Shown here: positions 13,801 through 26,472 of the stretch, piece after piece
Position numbering within the stretch: position 1 is the first letter of the stretch
Layout of the letters: every line of letters begins with the position of its first letter
DNA from: Octopus sinensis
Taxonomy: Eukaryota
Direction: 5' to 3'
Assembly (NCBI RefSeq): GCF_006345805.1
Contig: NC_043011.1
Location: forward strand, 56,990,464-57,054,463
DNA length: 64,000 nucleotides
The notes under the pieces: model-generated
What the model was told of the DNA's origin: nothing
What the model saw: only the letters and a program-made list of their open reading frames with translations
Database searches by the model: none
Translations under genes and position numbers: made by a program

Positions 13801-14751
13801 AACATATATTGATTTCTTTTATCAAGGCTCTATACTAAGTTTAGTGAAAAATATAAGCAACTGAATTGACTCCCCCTGGCATATAACTGGTACATATTTT
13901 ATGGACATTAAAAAGACCGAAGGTAAAGTTAACCACCAGTAAGACCTTAACATGCAACAGAAACATCATTGTCGTCACCATCATCATCATCATTGTTTAA
14001 GTGTCCACTTTTCTCTGTTTGCATGGGTTGCACAGATTTTCTACCGCTAGATCCCCTTCTTGTTGTTAACCCTCACCTGTTTCCAAGCAACGAAATATTT
14101 CCCAGTAGCCAGGCATGTTTTCTTGAAAGATTGGAAACGAATGATACTGCTTGTATGATGGTGACACTCGTTTACAGCTGTCACACAATGCCAAGACAAG
14201 GAGACAGTTACACACATGCACACACTTAGATATATACATGGTAGCTGCTTTAAGTTTCCATCTACCAATTCCACTTTCAAGGCTTGGTCAGCTTGTCCAG
14301 CTTGAAACCACTTGTCCAAAGTGCCACACAGAGGGACTGAACCTCAGACCATGAGATTGGGAAAGAGACTTCTTACTACACAGCCACGCCACCACCAGAC
14401 GACTAAATACCATGTTATTACTCCACTAAATCTCTTTTTCTGATTTCAGCAAAGGATTTATCTCATTGGCAGAAGACCACAAATTTTATAGGAAAAAGAT
14501 TTGTACCAGTCATGCACTGGGGGTTGGCTAAGTTGATTGATTAGATTGGCACAAGAGTGTCAGACAAATTGTCTTCAGGTATTATTCAATCAGGACTCTT
14601 TACCTCGTGAGTTCAAATCCAACTAATGTCAACTTTGGCTTTCATCATTCAGGATTTGATAAGACAGTATAGCACTGGTACTGAGGTTGATTTATATTCC
14701 ACTGATGCATCAGAAATGTAAATGGCATTAAAATTGAAAGGAAATAATTAT

Positions 14752-14999
14752 GTCTGTGCCTTCCACTCTATTAAATTGCATCTGCCCCTCCCACTCTACT
14801 AAATTGCATCTGCCCCTCCCACTCTACTAAATTGCATCTTCCCTTCCCACTCTACTAATTTGTATTTGCCCCTCCCACTCTACTGAACTGTATCTGCCCC
14901 GCCCACTTTACTAAATTGTATCTGCCCCTCTCACTATACTAAAGCATATCTGCTCCTCTCTCTCTGTTAAACTGTATCTGCCCCTCCCCCTCTACTAAA
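14752..14999 (+). repeat. 28-bp minisatellite, about 9 copies
   Basis: Unit CCACTCTACTAAATTGCATCTGCCCCTC starts at 14791, 14819 and 14847. Confidence 0.92.
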
Positions 15000-15077
15000 C
15001 CATTGATCCCATTGATCCAATTATCTATTGGCAATTTACTTTACAAGACACTATCAATTTTTTGTTTTGTTTTACAG

Positions 15078-15166
15078 CAAGATGTGAACCAGTTGTCTGA
15101 TGTAGAAAAGTTATTGTTGTACCTCAAACTTCCTACTGGCGCCACCAATGATGACCAACTCACACT
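15078..15166 (+). CDS. RFX7: RFX7/RFX5-like transcription factor, first visible coding exon (upstream exons not found)
   Basis: ttttacAG acceptor and GTATGT donor. Encodes QDVNQLSDVEKLLLYLKLPTG, which resembles the EKLYLYLQLPSG segment N-terminal to the RFX5/7 DNA-binding domain. Ends in phase 2, matching the next exon. Confidence 0.88.
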
Positions 15167-15936
15167 GTATGTACCTGTTTTACCTGTTGCTTCAGTATTT
15201 CATATGTCGCTGTATTTCACTTCACCCCCTGTCAATACAGACAGCGTATTCCATCTTTCTGCTATATTGCATTTACCTGTGTGTATATATGTGTGTTTAC
15301 ATATGTATGTATGTATTATTTGAAACAGATTCGTTCATGTGTGACTTAAAGGTATGTAGGCTTCTTACAGAGACCTAACCCATCGGGCACAGTTAGATGA
15401 ATGGAGAGATGCAGGAAGTTCAAGCTGGCTGCTGGGAACTGGGCTGCTATTGGTTGGTCAAGGTGGGTCACATGGTGTCATTAGGAGTAAGATCAACATT
15501 CCAACGACACCAAATGAATTAAAAAGGAGAATTTCTTGGACCATGTGGCTGGACAGGAAGCTGGTAGCCCCTAGCTGTCTGCTGGATCTTTGAAGGGACT
15601 TGTGGGATATGGGATATATGGCCAGGAAGGATGTATGTATGTGTGTGTGTGTGTGTGTGCATATGAGTGCATTGGTGTGGGTGTCTTCATTTCTCTTTAG
15701 TTATACTTGATTATGGATGTATGTTTTTGTGTATTATATGTGTATGTATATATTATACCTTATTATAGAGTAAAAACACAGGGGTTAGCTGTCTCAATTT
15801 AGTGAGGAAATAGATTTAATACTGTTCACAAGAATGTATGGGACAAAGTTTGAACTTTTCTGCAACGGATCAAAAGGGCCCACCCAATCCTTGACTGTGG
15901 ATTTAGTAGATAGAAACTAAAAGAAATCCATCACGT

Positions 15937-16807
15937 GTCATCTACTGCATCTCCTGCTCTCTCTCTGCCCTTCTCTATACATCGGGCAAATGGGACGCCA
16001 CATGGCTGCCTGGTTCGCGGAATACCTTTGAGACATCTGACTCAGCAATGACACCCCGGTCTCGTGCAATTTCCACTCTACCGGTCACTCTTTGCAACAC
16101 CTGTCTGTGTTTGGATTGTCCTTGAACAGGGGCCATCCGGACACCCATTTGTGCCGTGAACAGGGATTAATCTTCTCTCTTCACTCCTTTGTGCCTCATG
16201 GGCTCAATTCTCCTCCCCTTTTCATCTAACCTCCTCCCCTCTCACACCTACTTCCTCCCATCCACCTTTCCTCTCTTGCTCCGACTCCTACTTCTCTTCA
16301 CTCCTACTCTCCTTCTCTCTTCTCTTCACTCCTACCCACCTTCTCCCTTCCCCCTCCCTTCGTCACCCCTCCCTTGTAACCCCACCCCTACACAATCCAA
16401 CCCACCTTCTCTATCCATCCCATCCCACCCCATCCCTTACACCCACTCCCACATACCCCACCCTTGCTTTCCCCACTCTCACCTCCCCCACATCTCAACA
16501 CCATCAGACCACACATCACTACACCATACACCACCATACCACACCACATCACATCACAACGCAGACACTAGCACTGACCACTTCCCAGCCCCACATCCAC
16601 ACATACACACATGCACATGTCAAGGTCACCAGCCCTCTTCCACGCACATACAAACTCACTTATACATGCGCCTCTTTGTATTGGGATCACCACTACTTTA
16701 TTATCTCCCCTTCTCCCTAGCTCTCCTGTGTGACCCTTCTGTCTGGCATTCGTCGTGATAGATCGCTAGCCACTACACATTCTTTATTTGCTCTCCTTGT
16801 TTCTTTC
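15937..16807 (+). mobile_element. Penelope-like retroelement 3' fragment: GIY-YIG endonuclease pseudogene plus pyrimidine-rich tail
   Basis: 15937-16229 translates, with one frameshift and two stops, to VIYCISC..CPSLYIGQMGR...DTPVSCNFHSTGHSLQHLSVFGL...REQGLIFSLHSFVPHGLN. This is the GIY-YIG pattern typical of PLEs. Confidence 0.85.
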
Positions 16808-19399
16808 ACTATTCATCCTTTCAAAGCCGATTAAATAAATACTAGTTGAGCATTGGGGGTTGATGTAATAGACTTGCCCCACTTCTCTCTGGACTTGCTG
16901 CCCTTGTGCCAAAATTTGAAGCCAATATATTACTGGTACCTGTTTTATTAAGGTTGTGAAAGCAGTTGGAAGACAGTGAACCCAAGACCTATTGTTCTGA
17001 AAGTATATAATGTAACACTGTGTGTGTGTGTGAGTCCTGTCTCGGCTACCCCTCTCTGTTGCTTCTTCTGTGAATTTGAATCAGAATATCATACTAGTTT
17101 GTTAGTCTGACAAGAAATTACATCGTTGCCGTGGAAATTTGTTTTGACTTGTTGCCAGTGTGTTGCCATATTTGTGATCTGTGATAGACTTTACTATTAT
17201 TATTAGAAACACCTTCCTCCACACACACGCACACACACCTTACATCAATTTCACTTCATTCCACAGTTTAAAGGGCCTTTTAAGGGTTGTTTTGTGAATA
17301 TGTTACTTTTCTTTTTTCTTTTCTTTTAACCAACTAAACCAAATCACTTGTGAAAATAGAGTCACTGCTTTCAGCTTGTTATTCTGTAAAAGTTTTGTGA
17401 TTCATTTTTTACTGTATTTATTTATTTTGTATCTTATCATTCTTAGACTACTAGAACTGTTTCAGGAAGGGAATTTAATTCTGTTCTTCTCTTAAAATTC
17501 CATTCAACAGGATTTATTTTTTTTACTTCACTGTAAAAACACTTAGCTATGTGAAAACTAATACATTAAGCAAGTTGTAGAGTATTCAGTTAGCCTCCAA
17601 CATAAATCACTCTTTATTCTCCGGTTCTTTTGATCTTTGAATCAGTGTAAACCATTGTGATTTCCAATCATGAAGAAGCAGGCATCACTGCACCATTATT
17701 ATGAGAAATAGATGGAGAGGCAAAAAAAGAAAAAAAAAAACTGCTTAACCCAAGTGGGATTAGAACCCATATTCCAAGGATTGTGTCCAATTGCTTCTTC
17801 AATAAAGGGTTCTGACGTTAATGTCAAATCTTCTATCTTTTTAATGGCAAACTAACTTATTCTGCCTTGGCAATTATTTTGTATCATTATTTAGCTGAGT
17901 ATGACATTGATTTGCATCCAGTTGTGGGTCCCTGGTTCAGGAGTTTTAGGGTTCTGAGAAATGTGGAACCACATCTTAGCCACTATTGTTCCCAGGTGTA
18001 CTCTACACCTCTTAGGACCCAGCTATTAGTTAAATAGTATGTCATGGAATTGTCCCCAGAAGAAGGTAAGTCACAGACACCCTAAAGAATCCTGGATAGA
18101 TGAGGCTCTTCAGCTCATCAAAGAAAAGGTAATCCCATACACATCCTGCGTCCTCAGAATTGCTGGGCTCATGACGCTTGTTGCAGCAATCCAAACTTGA
18201 AGGACAAAAGAGTGAGACCGGCTCTGCACAAACCATGCCTACCATAATGATAAATCTCTACTGTCTTGTCGGGTACTTAAAAAAAGACTCAGCGAGTAAG
18301 CCCTTAAAGAAAATCTGGAGGGTGGGACCGTAAGGCAGAAATGTGCAGTTTTATTGAAGCAATATCTGCTGTCACCTGTAGCTTTAAGGTTGCTATGAAT
18401 GTATTGACTTGTCTTTCCTTCCTGGCCTATCCATGTGTGAAGCAGTGATTGAATGTTCTTGCTTCTGGACACAGCCCAGGTACAGCAGATGTAGTTCAGC
18501 TGTTTCCTTGATAAACCATAAAAGACCAACCATTTGCTGACATAAACCATCATATGATTGGACAACTAGCTTCTTAACCTTGCAGCCATGCCTGCACCTT
18601 CCTCGATATTGGTTTTCCTTACTCCTCATATTTTTTCCCTGGTATTGTTAACCTACAGCAGTTTTAAACTGAACAGCAACCATTTTTATCCCTGCCTGCC
18701 TCCACCGTGCCTCTGGGATTCTGCCTGCGTAAGTCATGGAACCTGCTCCACCTCCAGATGTAAACATTAAAAAATCAAAAGAATGGTTTATCATCACCAT
18801 CACCATCATCATCATCATCATCATCATCATCATTATCATCTTCATCATCATCAAATGTCTGCTTTCCTTGTTGGCATGGGTTGGACAGGTCAACACAGTC
18901 TGACTCAGTTGTTATTGAAAGTTACTTCCCTCGTAGGCAGGTTAAAGGACCAAATCTTACTTGTGTATTTCATATTTTAGCATGGTTTTTAGAGTTGGTT
19001 ACACAGTGTATTGGGTGGTGCTGGTACCATGGACATTGTCCTGTTCTTTACAAAACTAAAGCGTCTGCTCTACCCTCTGCTGTCCCTGTTCATTTGTCAG
19101 CCACTTTACAGAGTGAAGTGGGTGTATTTCATTATGGCACTGGCGCTAGAAAAGTTACTATGTCTCCTGCAAGGCTAGGAATGCCTCTCTACCTTGTTGT
19201 TAGTCCTTCAAGGCAAACATGAGCAAAAGGTCGAAAGGAGAGAAAGAGAGAGAGAGTATGTGTGTGTGTGTTGAGGGTGAAACAGAATGAGTGGGGGGTG
19301 GAGGAAGAAGTAATAGGAGAGGGAGGCTGGTAGGTGTTTGTTATTGGTAATGACATTGAATAAGAAACAGCATAAGCAGTGAATGTGTGGTGGTAGGGG

Positions 19400-19627
19400 A
19401 GGGACTGGCAGAAACGTTAACGCGCCGGACGAAATGCTTAGCAGTATTTCGTCTGCCGTTACGTTCTGAGTTCAAATTCCGCCAAGGTCGACTTTGCCTT
19501 TCATCCTTTTGGGGTCGATTAAATAAGTACCAGTTACGCACTGGGGTCGGTATAATCGACTTAATCCGTTTGTCTGTCCTTGTTTGTCCTCTCTGTGTTT
19601 AGCCCCTTGTGGGTAGTAAAGAAATAG
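19400..19627 (+). mobile_element. SINE family A copy
   Basis: Near-identical to 6056-6282. Confidence 0.85.
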
Positions 19628-20707
19628 GTTGGGGAGGGACTGTGATGAATGGCAATAGTGACATTGCAAGGATAAGACAGAGTGGTAGATGTGAGTGGAG
19701 AGTCCCGTGGGATGGAAAGTGTGTGAATTTGCTAGAAGTAAAAGAAGGGTGGGAGTACTGGATATGGGCTGATTCAGTGCCTTCATTTATGCAGGCATCA
19801 TGATGGAATTGGAGATCCAGATGGATGATGGTGGAGTGGGGGGTTAAATGCAGACAGTTCTGATGCCATTCCTCGTTCAACAGGTGACATATCACAGGGG
19901 GGGTAAGAGAGATGGTGAGTGATCGATGACAGATTTAGGAATGTTTATAATTTTCCAATTGATTAAAGCTGACAAAGACTCCCAATTTAATTGAATAGTG
20001 GCCTGGTTCAATAAATTTGTATTGGTGAGAGTAATTGATTCCCAGAAGCCAATATTCTAATTTATATAGCCTTTGCTATATAAATGTTTAAAATGTCGTC
20101 TCCAGTGCAGATGACAGGCTTCTCCTCCACCACCACCAAAGGTAATGGAGTGTAATAAGAAATATTTTTCCTGTCATATTAATAATGTTTCTCTTTTCAT
20201 TGTTCAGTTTTTCTGTTTGATTTCTAATTAAATTACTTAAACCATTAACAGTTTCAATAAATCTCTCAAATGTCATGATATATATTTTCTTCTAATACCA
20301 GTTTGTCCTTGTTTGCCTCTCTTGTCTGTCCTGTTTATAAAACAGACTATATTTGAAGGCAAACAAGGTGCCCTTTTTATAAAATGCCTGAAAAACATTC
20401 AGCCCAGCTCCCATATGGGAAGGTTCCATAGACTTTAATTTCATTTCCTAAATATGTGCTTCTGAAATTGGGGTGCATCTGATATGCCCATCTTTTATCT
20501 TTTACTTGTCTCAGTCATTGGACCGTGGCCATGCTGGGGCACTGCATTGAAGAATTTTAGTTGAACAAATCAACCCTAGGACTTGTTTTTCTCCTGTTAA
20601 GCCTGGTACTTATTCTATCATCTCTTTTTGTCAAACTGCCAAGTTATGTGAATATAAACAAACCAACACTGGTTGTCAAGTGGTGGGTGGGGACAAACAC
20701 AGACACC

Positions 20708-20746
<39 letters not shown>

Positions 20747-21666
20747 GATAGGCTTCTTTCAGTTTCTGGCTACCAAATCCCCTCACAAGACTTTGGTCGC
20801 TGTGAGGTGAGAGTAGATGACACTTGTCCAAGGTGCCAAACAATGGGATTGAACTGGGAACATTGTGGTTGGGAAGCAATCTTCTTACCACATAGTCACA
20901 CCTATCCATTCATGTGCATTTTATGCCGTCAGATAAGGTAATTATTTTACAACTTTAATTTGACCACCAAATTGACCTCAATGGCATCATCTTATAGCCA
21001 GGTTCCTGAGGTCCTTGTTTCTGGTACCACTGCTACAGATATTCTCTTTTGACCCTGACCATAAATGTGTGTGTGTATATACACACACATACACTCTCTC
21101 TCTCTCTCTCTCTCTGTCTGGGCTTCCACACAATTTCTGTCTACATAAAAAGCACCATCCGTACAAGGTCGATGCCAGCGCCATCTCGACTGGCTTCCGT
21201 GCCGGTGGCACGTAAAAAGCACCAACCGATCGTGGCCGTTGCCAGCCTCCCCTGGCACGTAAAAAGCACCCACTACACTCACGGAGTGGTTGGCATTAGG
21301 AAGGGCATCCAGCTGTAGAAACACTGCCAGATCAGACTGGAGCCTGGTGCAGCCTCCTGGCTTCCCAGACCCCGGTCGAACCGCCCAACCGATGCTAGCA
21401 TGGAAAACAGACGTTAATCGATGATGATGATGATCCTGAAGGCATTTGTTGGCCTGGGATTGTCACAGAAGGAACTGAACCTAGAACCACATGGATGCAA
21501 AGCAAGCTTCTTAACTGCACTGCTACCCCTGTGTCTGAAAGTGTCTATTGCCGCTCTGGCAGTGAATTGGACCCTGGTATCCTGTGAAACCGTCAGAGAT
21601 ACTTACCACTACACTACCAGTGATGGTGGTGGTGCTGCTGCTGCTGCTGCTGTTGTTGTTGTTATT

Positions 21667-22021
21667 GAGCGAAGCGGTCTTCGTCCTCTTGGGAGAAGTC
21701 CGAAACGTGGTCCTATGCTATTCGTAAGACCCGCAGAAGAGAAAGCAGGTCAACCCCGACACCGAGAGCATCGACGGATGGATGAATGCGCATCCAGGCT
21801 CAGCGGTTGCGTAGGAAGTCGGGGACAAGAAACAGGAAGAAAGAGTGAGAGAAAGTTGGAGCAAAAGTGTACAACAGGGGTCGTCACCACCCCCTGCCGG
21901 AGCCTTGTGGAGCTTTAGGTGTTTTCACTCAATAAACACACACAACGCCCGGTCTGGGAATCAAAATCATGATCCTCCGACCGCGAATCCACTGCCCTAA
22001 CCATTGGGCCATTGCGCCTCC
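21667..22021 (-). mobile_element. tRNA-derived SINE family C
   Basis: Minus strand GGAGGCGCAATGGCCCAATGGTTAGGGCAG...GATTCCCAGAC with an (AAC)n tail. CpG-rich, so probably young. Confidence 0.8.
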
Positions 22022-23642
22022 TGCTGCTGCTGCTGGTTGTGGTGGCAATGGTGATGACGACATTTGTGTAAAATAATAATAGATATCCGAACTCCATTTC
22101 TGTGTGTAGAGAAATAATGAGACTGAGACACTTGTGGTAGATCGTTACTGGCAAATCAGTTCTTATCTCCAAACAGTAAAATACCTCGATGGCATCATAC
22201 TCTAGTCTGGCAAACTATTTTCTAACGTCTAATTTTAGTTCTATTGGTTTGGTCTTTTATTACTTGTCGGTGATTAGATCATTGAAAAATCAATTAAGTT
22301 TGGTCATTAGTATCTCTGAAATAGTATCAAATAAAGTAATTTTATCAATTTATTTTCAAAACTGAAACAGTTTCTGAATATTTTACTTGTGGTATTCTGG
22401 TTAATTTTTTTTTCTTCCCCCACCCCCAGTTCTTTACATTTTGAGTTCAAATCATGCCATGGTCAACTTACCCTTTCTTCCTTTCAAGGCCAGTAAAATA
22501 AAATGCTAATCAAGTCCTGGGTCACAATTAACCACTCCCCTCAAAATTGCTGGCTTTTTGCCTAAATCAGAAACTATTTTTTTTTTGACATTTATTTCTT
22601 CTTAGATAAAATGGTTAATGGGTGGTGATGGATTTTGATTGAGTAATTGTCTTTTTCACACTTCCATGCACCTAACCATTCACCTGTGAAATAGACCTGG
22701 AACCTGTTTGACACTGATAGACTGTGGACAATAGGAGTTGGTGTTTTGTTATTTAGCTACTGGTCAACCCTGACCAAACAAACCCATAATCAATGACATT
22801 TTTTTCCTGACCATTCTGGAGCTTTTTATAGTACTGACCACATTGTCTAATGTGTCTTTCTTTTTTTAAGATTTGGCTACTATTTTTTGCCTGTCTACAA
22901 TCACATACAGCCCCCACCCCTCATTAGTTCATGGCAATCACAGTTTAATCAAGAGAGAGACACTCATACCTTGAGCAAGTCATTCAACCAACTTTATCCA
23001 GTATTGAGGCTCCAGCTCAAGAGTTCATGAGTTTTGGAGAGCATGGTGTCTGCACTACTTCCACGTCTTCTCTGGCCCAGGATGGTAGTATTTGTTCAGG
23101 ACCCTTCTTATAGGTCAAATGGCAGAAGATGGTCTTATGGCTAAGGCACACAGGACTCAGAAGGGGGTTGGTACCTAGACATGGATTATAAGGGGCCACA
23201 AATGTGTAAAGGACATGCACTAATGCCGTATGATCTAGTTCCCCACTCCCCATGCCTAAGGATTAATTAGGCCTTGAGTGAAGAAATTAACAGAGGAAAT
23301 GGTAAATAAATTGGCAGACAGCATTATGAAACCACCGTTGTATCTTTTGCAGGAAGAGTCATAAATCTTTGGAATTTGGCCTGGAAGTCCATGATATATG
23401 GACACCTACAAGGATGGCACATGGGGAGAGAAATAGGGAGTGAGAGACACAAATGCTGAAGTTGTATGGTTTGATTGTAGCAAGAAGTGGAGATCTGTAG
23501 CTTAACCTCATGGCCATTGTGTAACACCTTAAAGTTGACAAAATATCATCAGTATTAATTTGCATTCTGCCATCGTAAATCATAACCCGTCCACTACCAC
23601 CCGTGGTTAAACATCTAATTTTATTGTTTCTCTTTTTTCTAG

Positions 23643-23771
23643 CAGTCCGACCTCATCTCTGCATACAACAAGCCGTGTTGAACAGACTCAGGCATTCACA
23701 TGGATCAAGAGCCACTTGGAAGAGAACTGTGATATCTGTCTACCCAAAAAAGAAGTTTATGAAGAATATAG
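23643..23771 (+). CDS. RFX7: RFX7-like exon, start of the RFX winged-helix DNA-binding domain
   Basis: Polypyrimidine tract plus TAG/CAG acceptor and GTATCA donor. Encodes SPTSSLHTTSRVEQTQAFTWIKSHLEENCDICLPKKEVYEEY; phase 2 in and out. Absent from the ORF track in this frame. Confidence 0.92.
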
Positions 23772-23798
23772 GTATCATCATCATCATCATCATCATCA

Positions 23799-23839
<41 letters not shown>

Positions 23840-23849
23840 GTTGTTGTTC

Positions 23850-24049
23850 ATATACACTCAACAGATTAAACTGTTGGAAAAGAAAAGGATCCTAACATCA
23901 GGCTACAGCAAGTAACCTTAGATGCCAAGAACCCTCCTAAGTATCCTAGCTGTCCCTAATAACACTGTTTTCTGGAGCTGTACTAAACTGGGTTTTACAC
24001 CCATTTCCTGTATCCATCTGTTCAGATCTTTTGGGATAGTTTCCAATGC
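23850..24049 (-). mobile_element. R4/Dong-like (restriction-like endonuclease) non-LTR element, 3' end
   Basis: Minus strand reads ALETIPKDLNRWIQEMGVKPSLVQLQKTVLLGTARILRRVLGI*. Flanked by (ATT)n. Confidence 0.75.
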
Positions 24050-24338
24050 AGTTGTTATTATTATTATTATTATTGTCGGTGGCGGCGGTGTCGTTATTGT
24101 TATTATTATTATTATTAAGGTGATGAGCTGGCAGAATCGTAAGCCTGCTAGATGAAATGCTTACCAGTATTTTGCCTGTAACTACATTCTGAGTTCAAAT
24201 TCCACCTAGGTCAGAGCCGATGAATTAAGTATCAGTGAAATGCTGGGGTTGATGTAATCAACAAGTCCCCACCCCACATATTTGAAGCCATGTGCCTCCA
24301 GTAGAAAGGATTGTTAATATTATTATTATTATTATTAT

Positions 24339-24562
24339 GTGATGAAAACTCTCAGCTTATTTTGCTGGGTATGATGGAAGGTGTCGGCTGTCCACAACCA
24401 ACTGACTAAGGTGACACTTGTTCACTGACCATGCTTCAAGAACCCTGCAGAGAACTTTTACAGTTCCAAGCAATGCTGATGTTTGTACATGTTCTCTCTT
24501 TACATTTGTACCAAGGTTCCTGAGCCACATTGGAAGTTAAGTGCCGATACTTCCAAGCGCAC
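24339..24562 (-). mobile_element. Second, divergent R4/Dong-like 3' end
   Basis: Minus strand reads ALGSIGT*LPMWLRNLGTNVKREHVQTSALLGTVKVLCRVLE. Abuts (ATT)n. Confidence 0.7.
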
Positions 24563-24786
24563 ATTATTAATAACAATTTGTTGAGCTCAGTTAATAATGT
24601 TATTATCCATACGGCAGCACAAAGAAAATTCTTTCGGGAGTCTCAGCCATAATCTTTTTATTGAAGAAAACCGGGTGGCACCGATGTGTGTGTGTGTAAT
24701 ATATTGTTTTCAAGAAATGATATTAATGATGTTGACAATGATGATGATGATACTAATGATTGTGATTTCTTGTTGTTATTTTCCAG

Positions 24787-24903
24787 AAACTATTGCGAAA
24801 GCCTCTCCCTTCGTCCACTCAGCACTGCTGACTTTGGCAAGATTATGAAATGTGTCTTTCCAAACATCAAGCCAAGACGTTTAGGCCAGAGAGGTCAATC
24901 AAA
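24787..24903 (+). CDS. RFX7: RFX7-like exon, core of the DNA-binding domain
   Basis: ttccAG acceptor. Encodes [38 protein letters not shown], with the RFX signature FGK..FP..RRLG.RG.SKY. Followed by a GTATCCTT donor. Confidence 0.95.
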
Positions 24904-25689
24904 GTATCCTTCCATGCTACAAATACCAAAGTTCTTCCTTCTTTCCACTGCTCTGCTGTTTCATTTGTTGTTGTTGTTGTTGTCGTCGATGTCGTTGGCA
25001 TTAAGCATTTCTTCAAGAATCTGTTCTTCTCATTTTCTGTGCCGTCCATTCATTCTGATGCCACCATGAAGCAATGGCCTCGAATGGCCGGAGTGTAGAT
25101 TCGTGGCTGCCCCATGTTGGAAGAGAAAGCTGAGTGTGTTGGAGAGTAGGATCAAGGAAGCACACATGGGTCAGAGAGTAAGGGACAGAGAGTGATAGTG
25201 AGAGAGATGGTGGTGAAGATGTGTTGGGGTACGTACTCGAAGGACATTGGGGGTGGTGAGTATAAGTGATACAGGGGTTTGGGCTGGGAGGGGTTGAGGT
25301 GACTAGTAAATAATGATGGAGAGAAATATAGGAGAGGCCCGGGGTGATGGGGGTTGCAGAGGATATGTGAGGGCGGTGGCAAATAAGGGAGGTGTTAATG
25401 ATGGAGAACGGTACAGTGGAGAGAAGGTGGAGACAGTAAGTGGGTGGGTGGCAGGTGGGGAGATAATAGGAAGTGGTTTCAGGTAGGGGTATGTAGTATG
25501 TGCCTATTCTGCTCTCAGGTGATAGAAAAATTATGGGTGTTAGAGGATAAAATGTTGGGGTAAATGGTTGAAGCAGATGGAGGTGGGGGTGGGGCAGAGC
25601 CCTTCATGGATAAGCATTACCAAGGTGGTTTTAGGATATCAGTTCTGTTGTGGTGGGCAGGTTTGCTTCGTAAGGCTCAGCATCTTGAG

Positions 25690-26245
25690 ATCAGCCTTCC
25701 ATACTTTGTCCCATGTCTTTCTGGATCTCCTTCTTCCACTAGTTCCATCCACTTTAAGTGATTGGCCCTTCTTTATGCAACTCATCCATACACATCACAT
25801 GACCAAACCAGCACTAGCACTCTGTCGCACATGTACACCAACATTGCACATTCAGCAGAGCATACCAGCTTCATTCCTTTCAAATTTCCACATGTCCTCT
25901 GCCTTCACGGCCCACGTCTCACTACCATGTAGTATTGTTGTTCACCCGCATGCGTCGTACAATCTTCCTTTCACTTTAGTTGTCAACTGAGGCAAAATCT
26001 TGCTGAATTTTCTCCATTCTATTTTAATAATTACACCCTCAATACATCTCCCTCTACTATTAGGCCACCCAAGTAACTGGAATTATCCACCACCTCTGGA
26101 GAACCTCTGGGGATATGGAGAAAATCAGTTTCCTTTGTATTTGTAGACTTTATGGCTCCTGTGTGTCTTCCACAGACAAACACTACTTTCTCTGATAGCC
26201 TTCCTGTTATTCCGCTGCACCTCATGTGTGTCCATGGTTTGGACA
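25690..26245 (-). mobile_element. Degraded RTE-like LINE fragment
   Basis: The minus strand gives RT C-terminal-like pieces (EVVDNSSYLGGLI, WFGHVM). Heavily mutated. Confidence 0.5.
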
Positions 26246-26246
26246 T

Positions 26247-26472
26247 GGGCTGGCAGAAACGTTAGCACGCCGGGCGAAATGCGTAGCCGTATTTCGTCAG
26301 CCGTTACGTTCTGAATTCAAATTCCGCTGAGGTTGACTTTACCTTTCATCCTTTTGGGGTCGATAAATTAAGTACCAGTTACGCACTGGGGTCGATGTAA
26401 TTGACTTAATCCATTTGTCTGTCCTTGTTTGTCCCCTCTATGTTTAGCCCCCTTAGGGCAATAAAGAAATAG
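26247..26472 (+). mobile_element. SINE family A copy, interrupting an RTE-like fragment
   Basis: Near-identical to 6056-6282. Confidence 0.85.

Noticed and set aside
1-15077. Upstream coding exons of the RFX7-like gene
   Set aside because: No exon with convincing splice sites and RFX7 similarity was found by eye. They probably lie before the window, but a small exon could have been missed.
16189-16758. 189-aa Pro/His-rich ORF (similar ORF at 48641-49249)
   Set aside because: Low-complexity C-rich tails of retroelement fragments with no domain signal.
18042-18629. Possible hAT transposase remnant (LVVQSYDG) or hidden antisense gene
   Set aside because: Only one short motif and no consistent frame or splice structure. 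A tBLASTx search would be needed.
24904-25069. Read-through C-terminus YPSMLQIPK... of ORF 24686-25069
   Set aside because: It is U12 intron sequence. RFX homology resumes at 26782.
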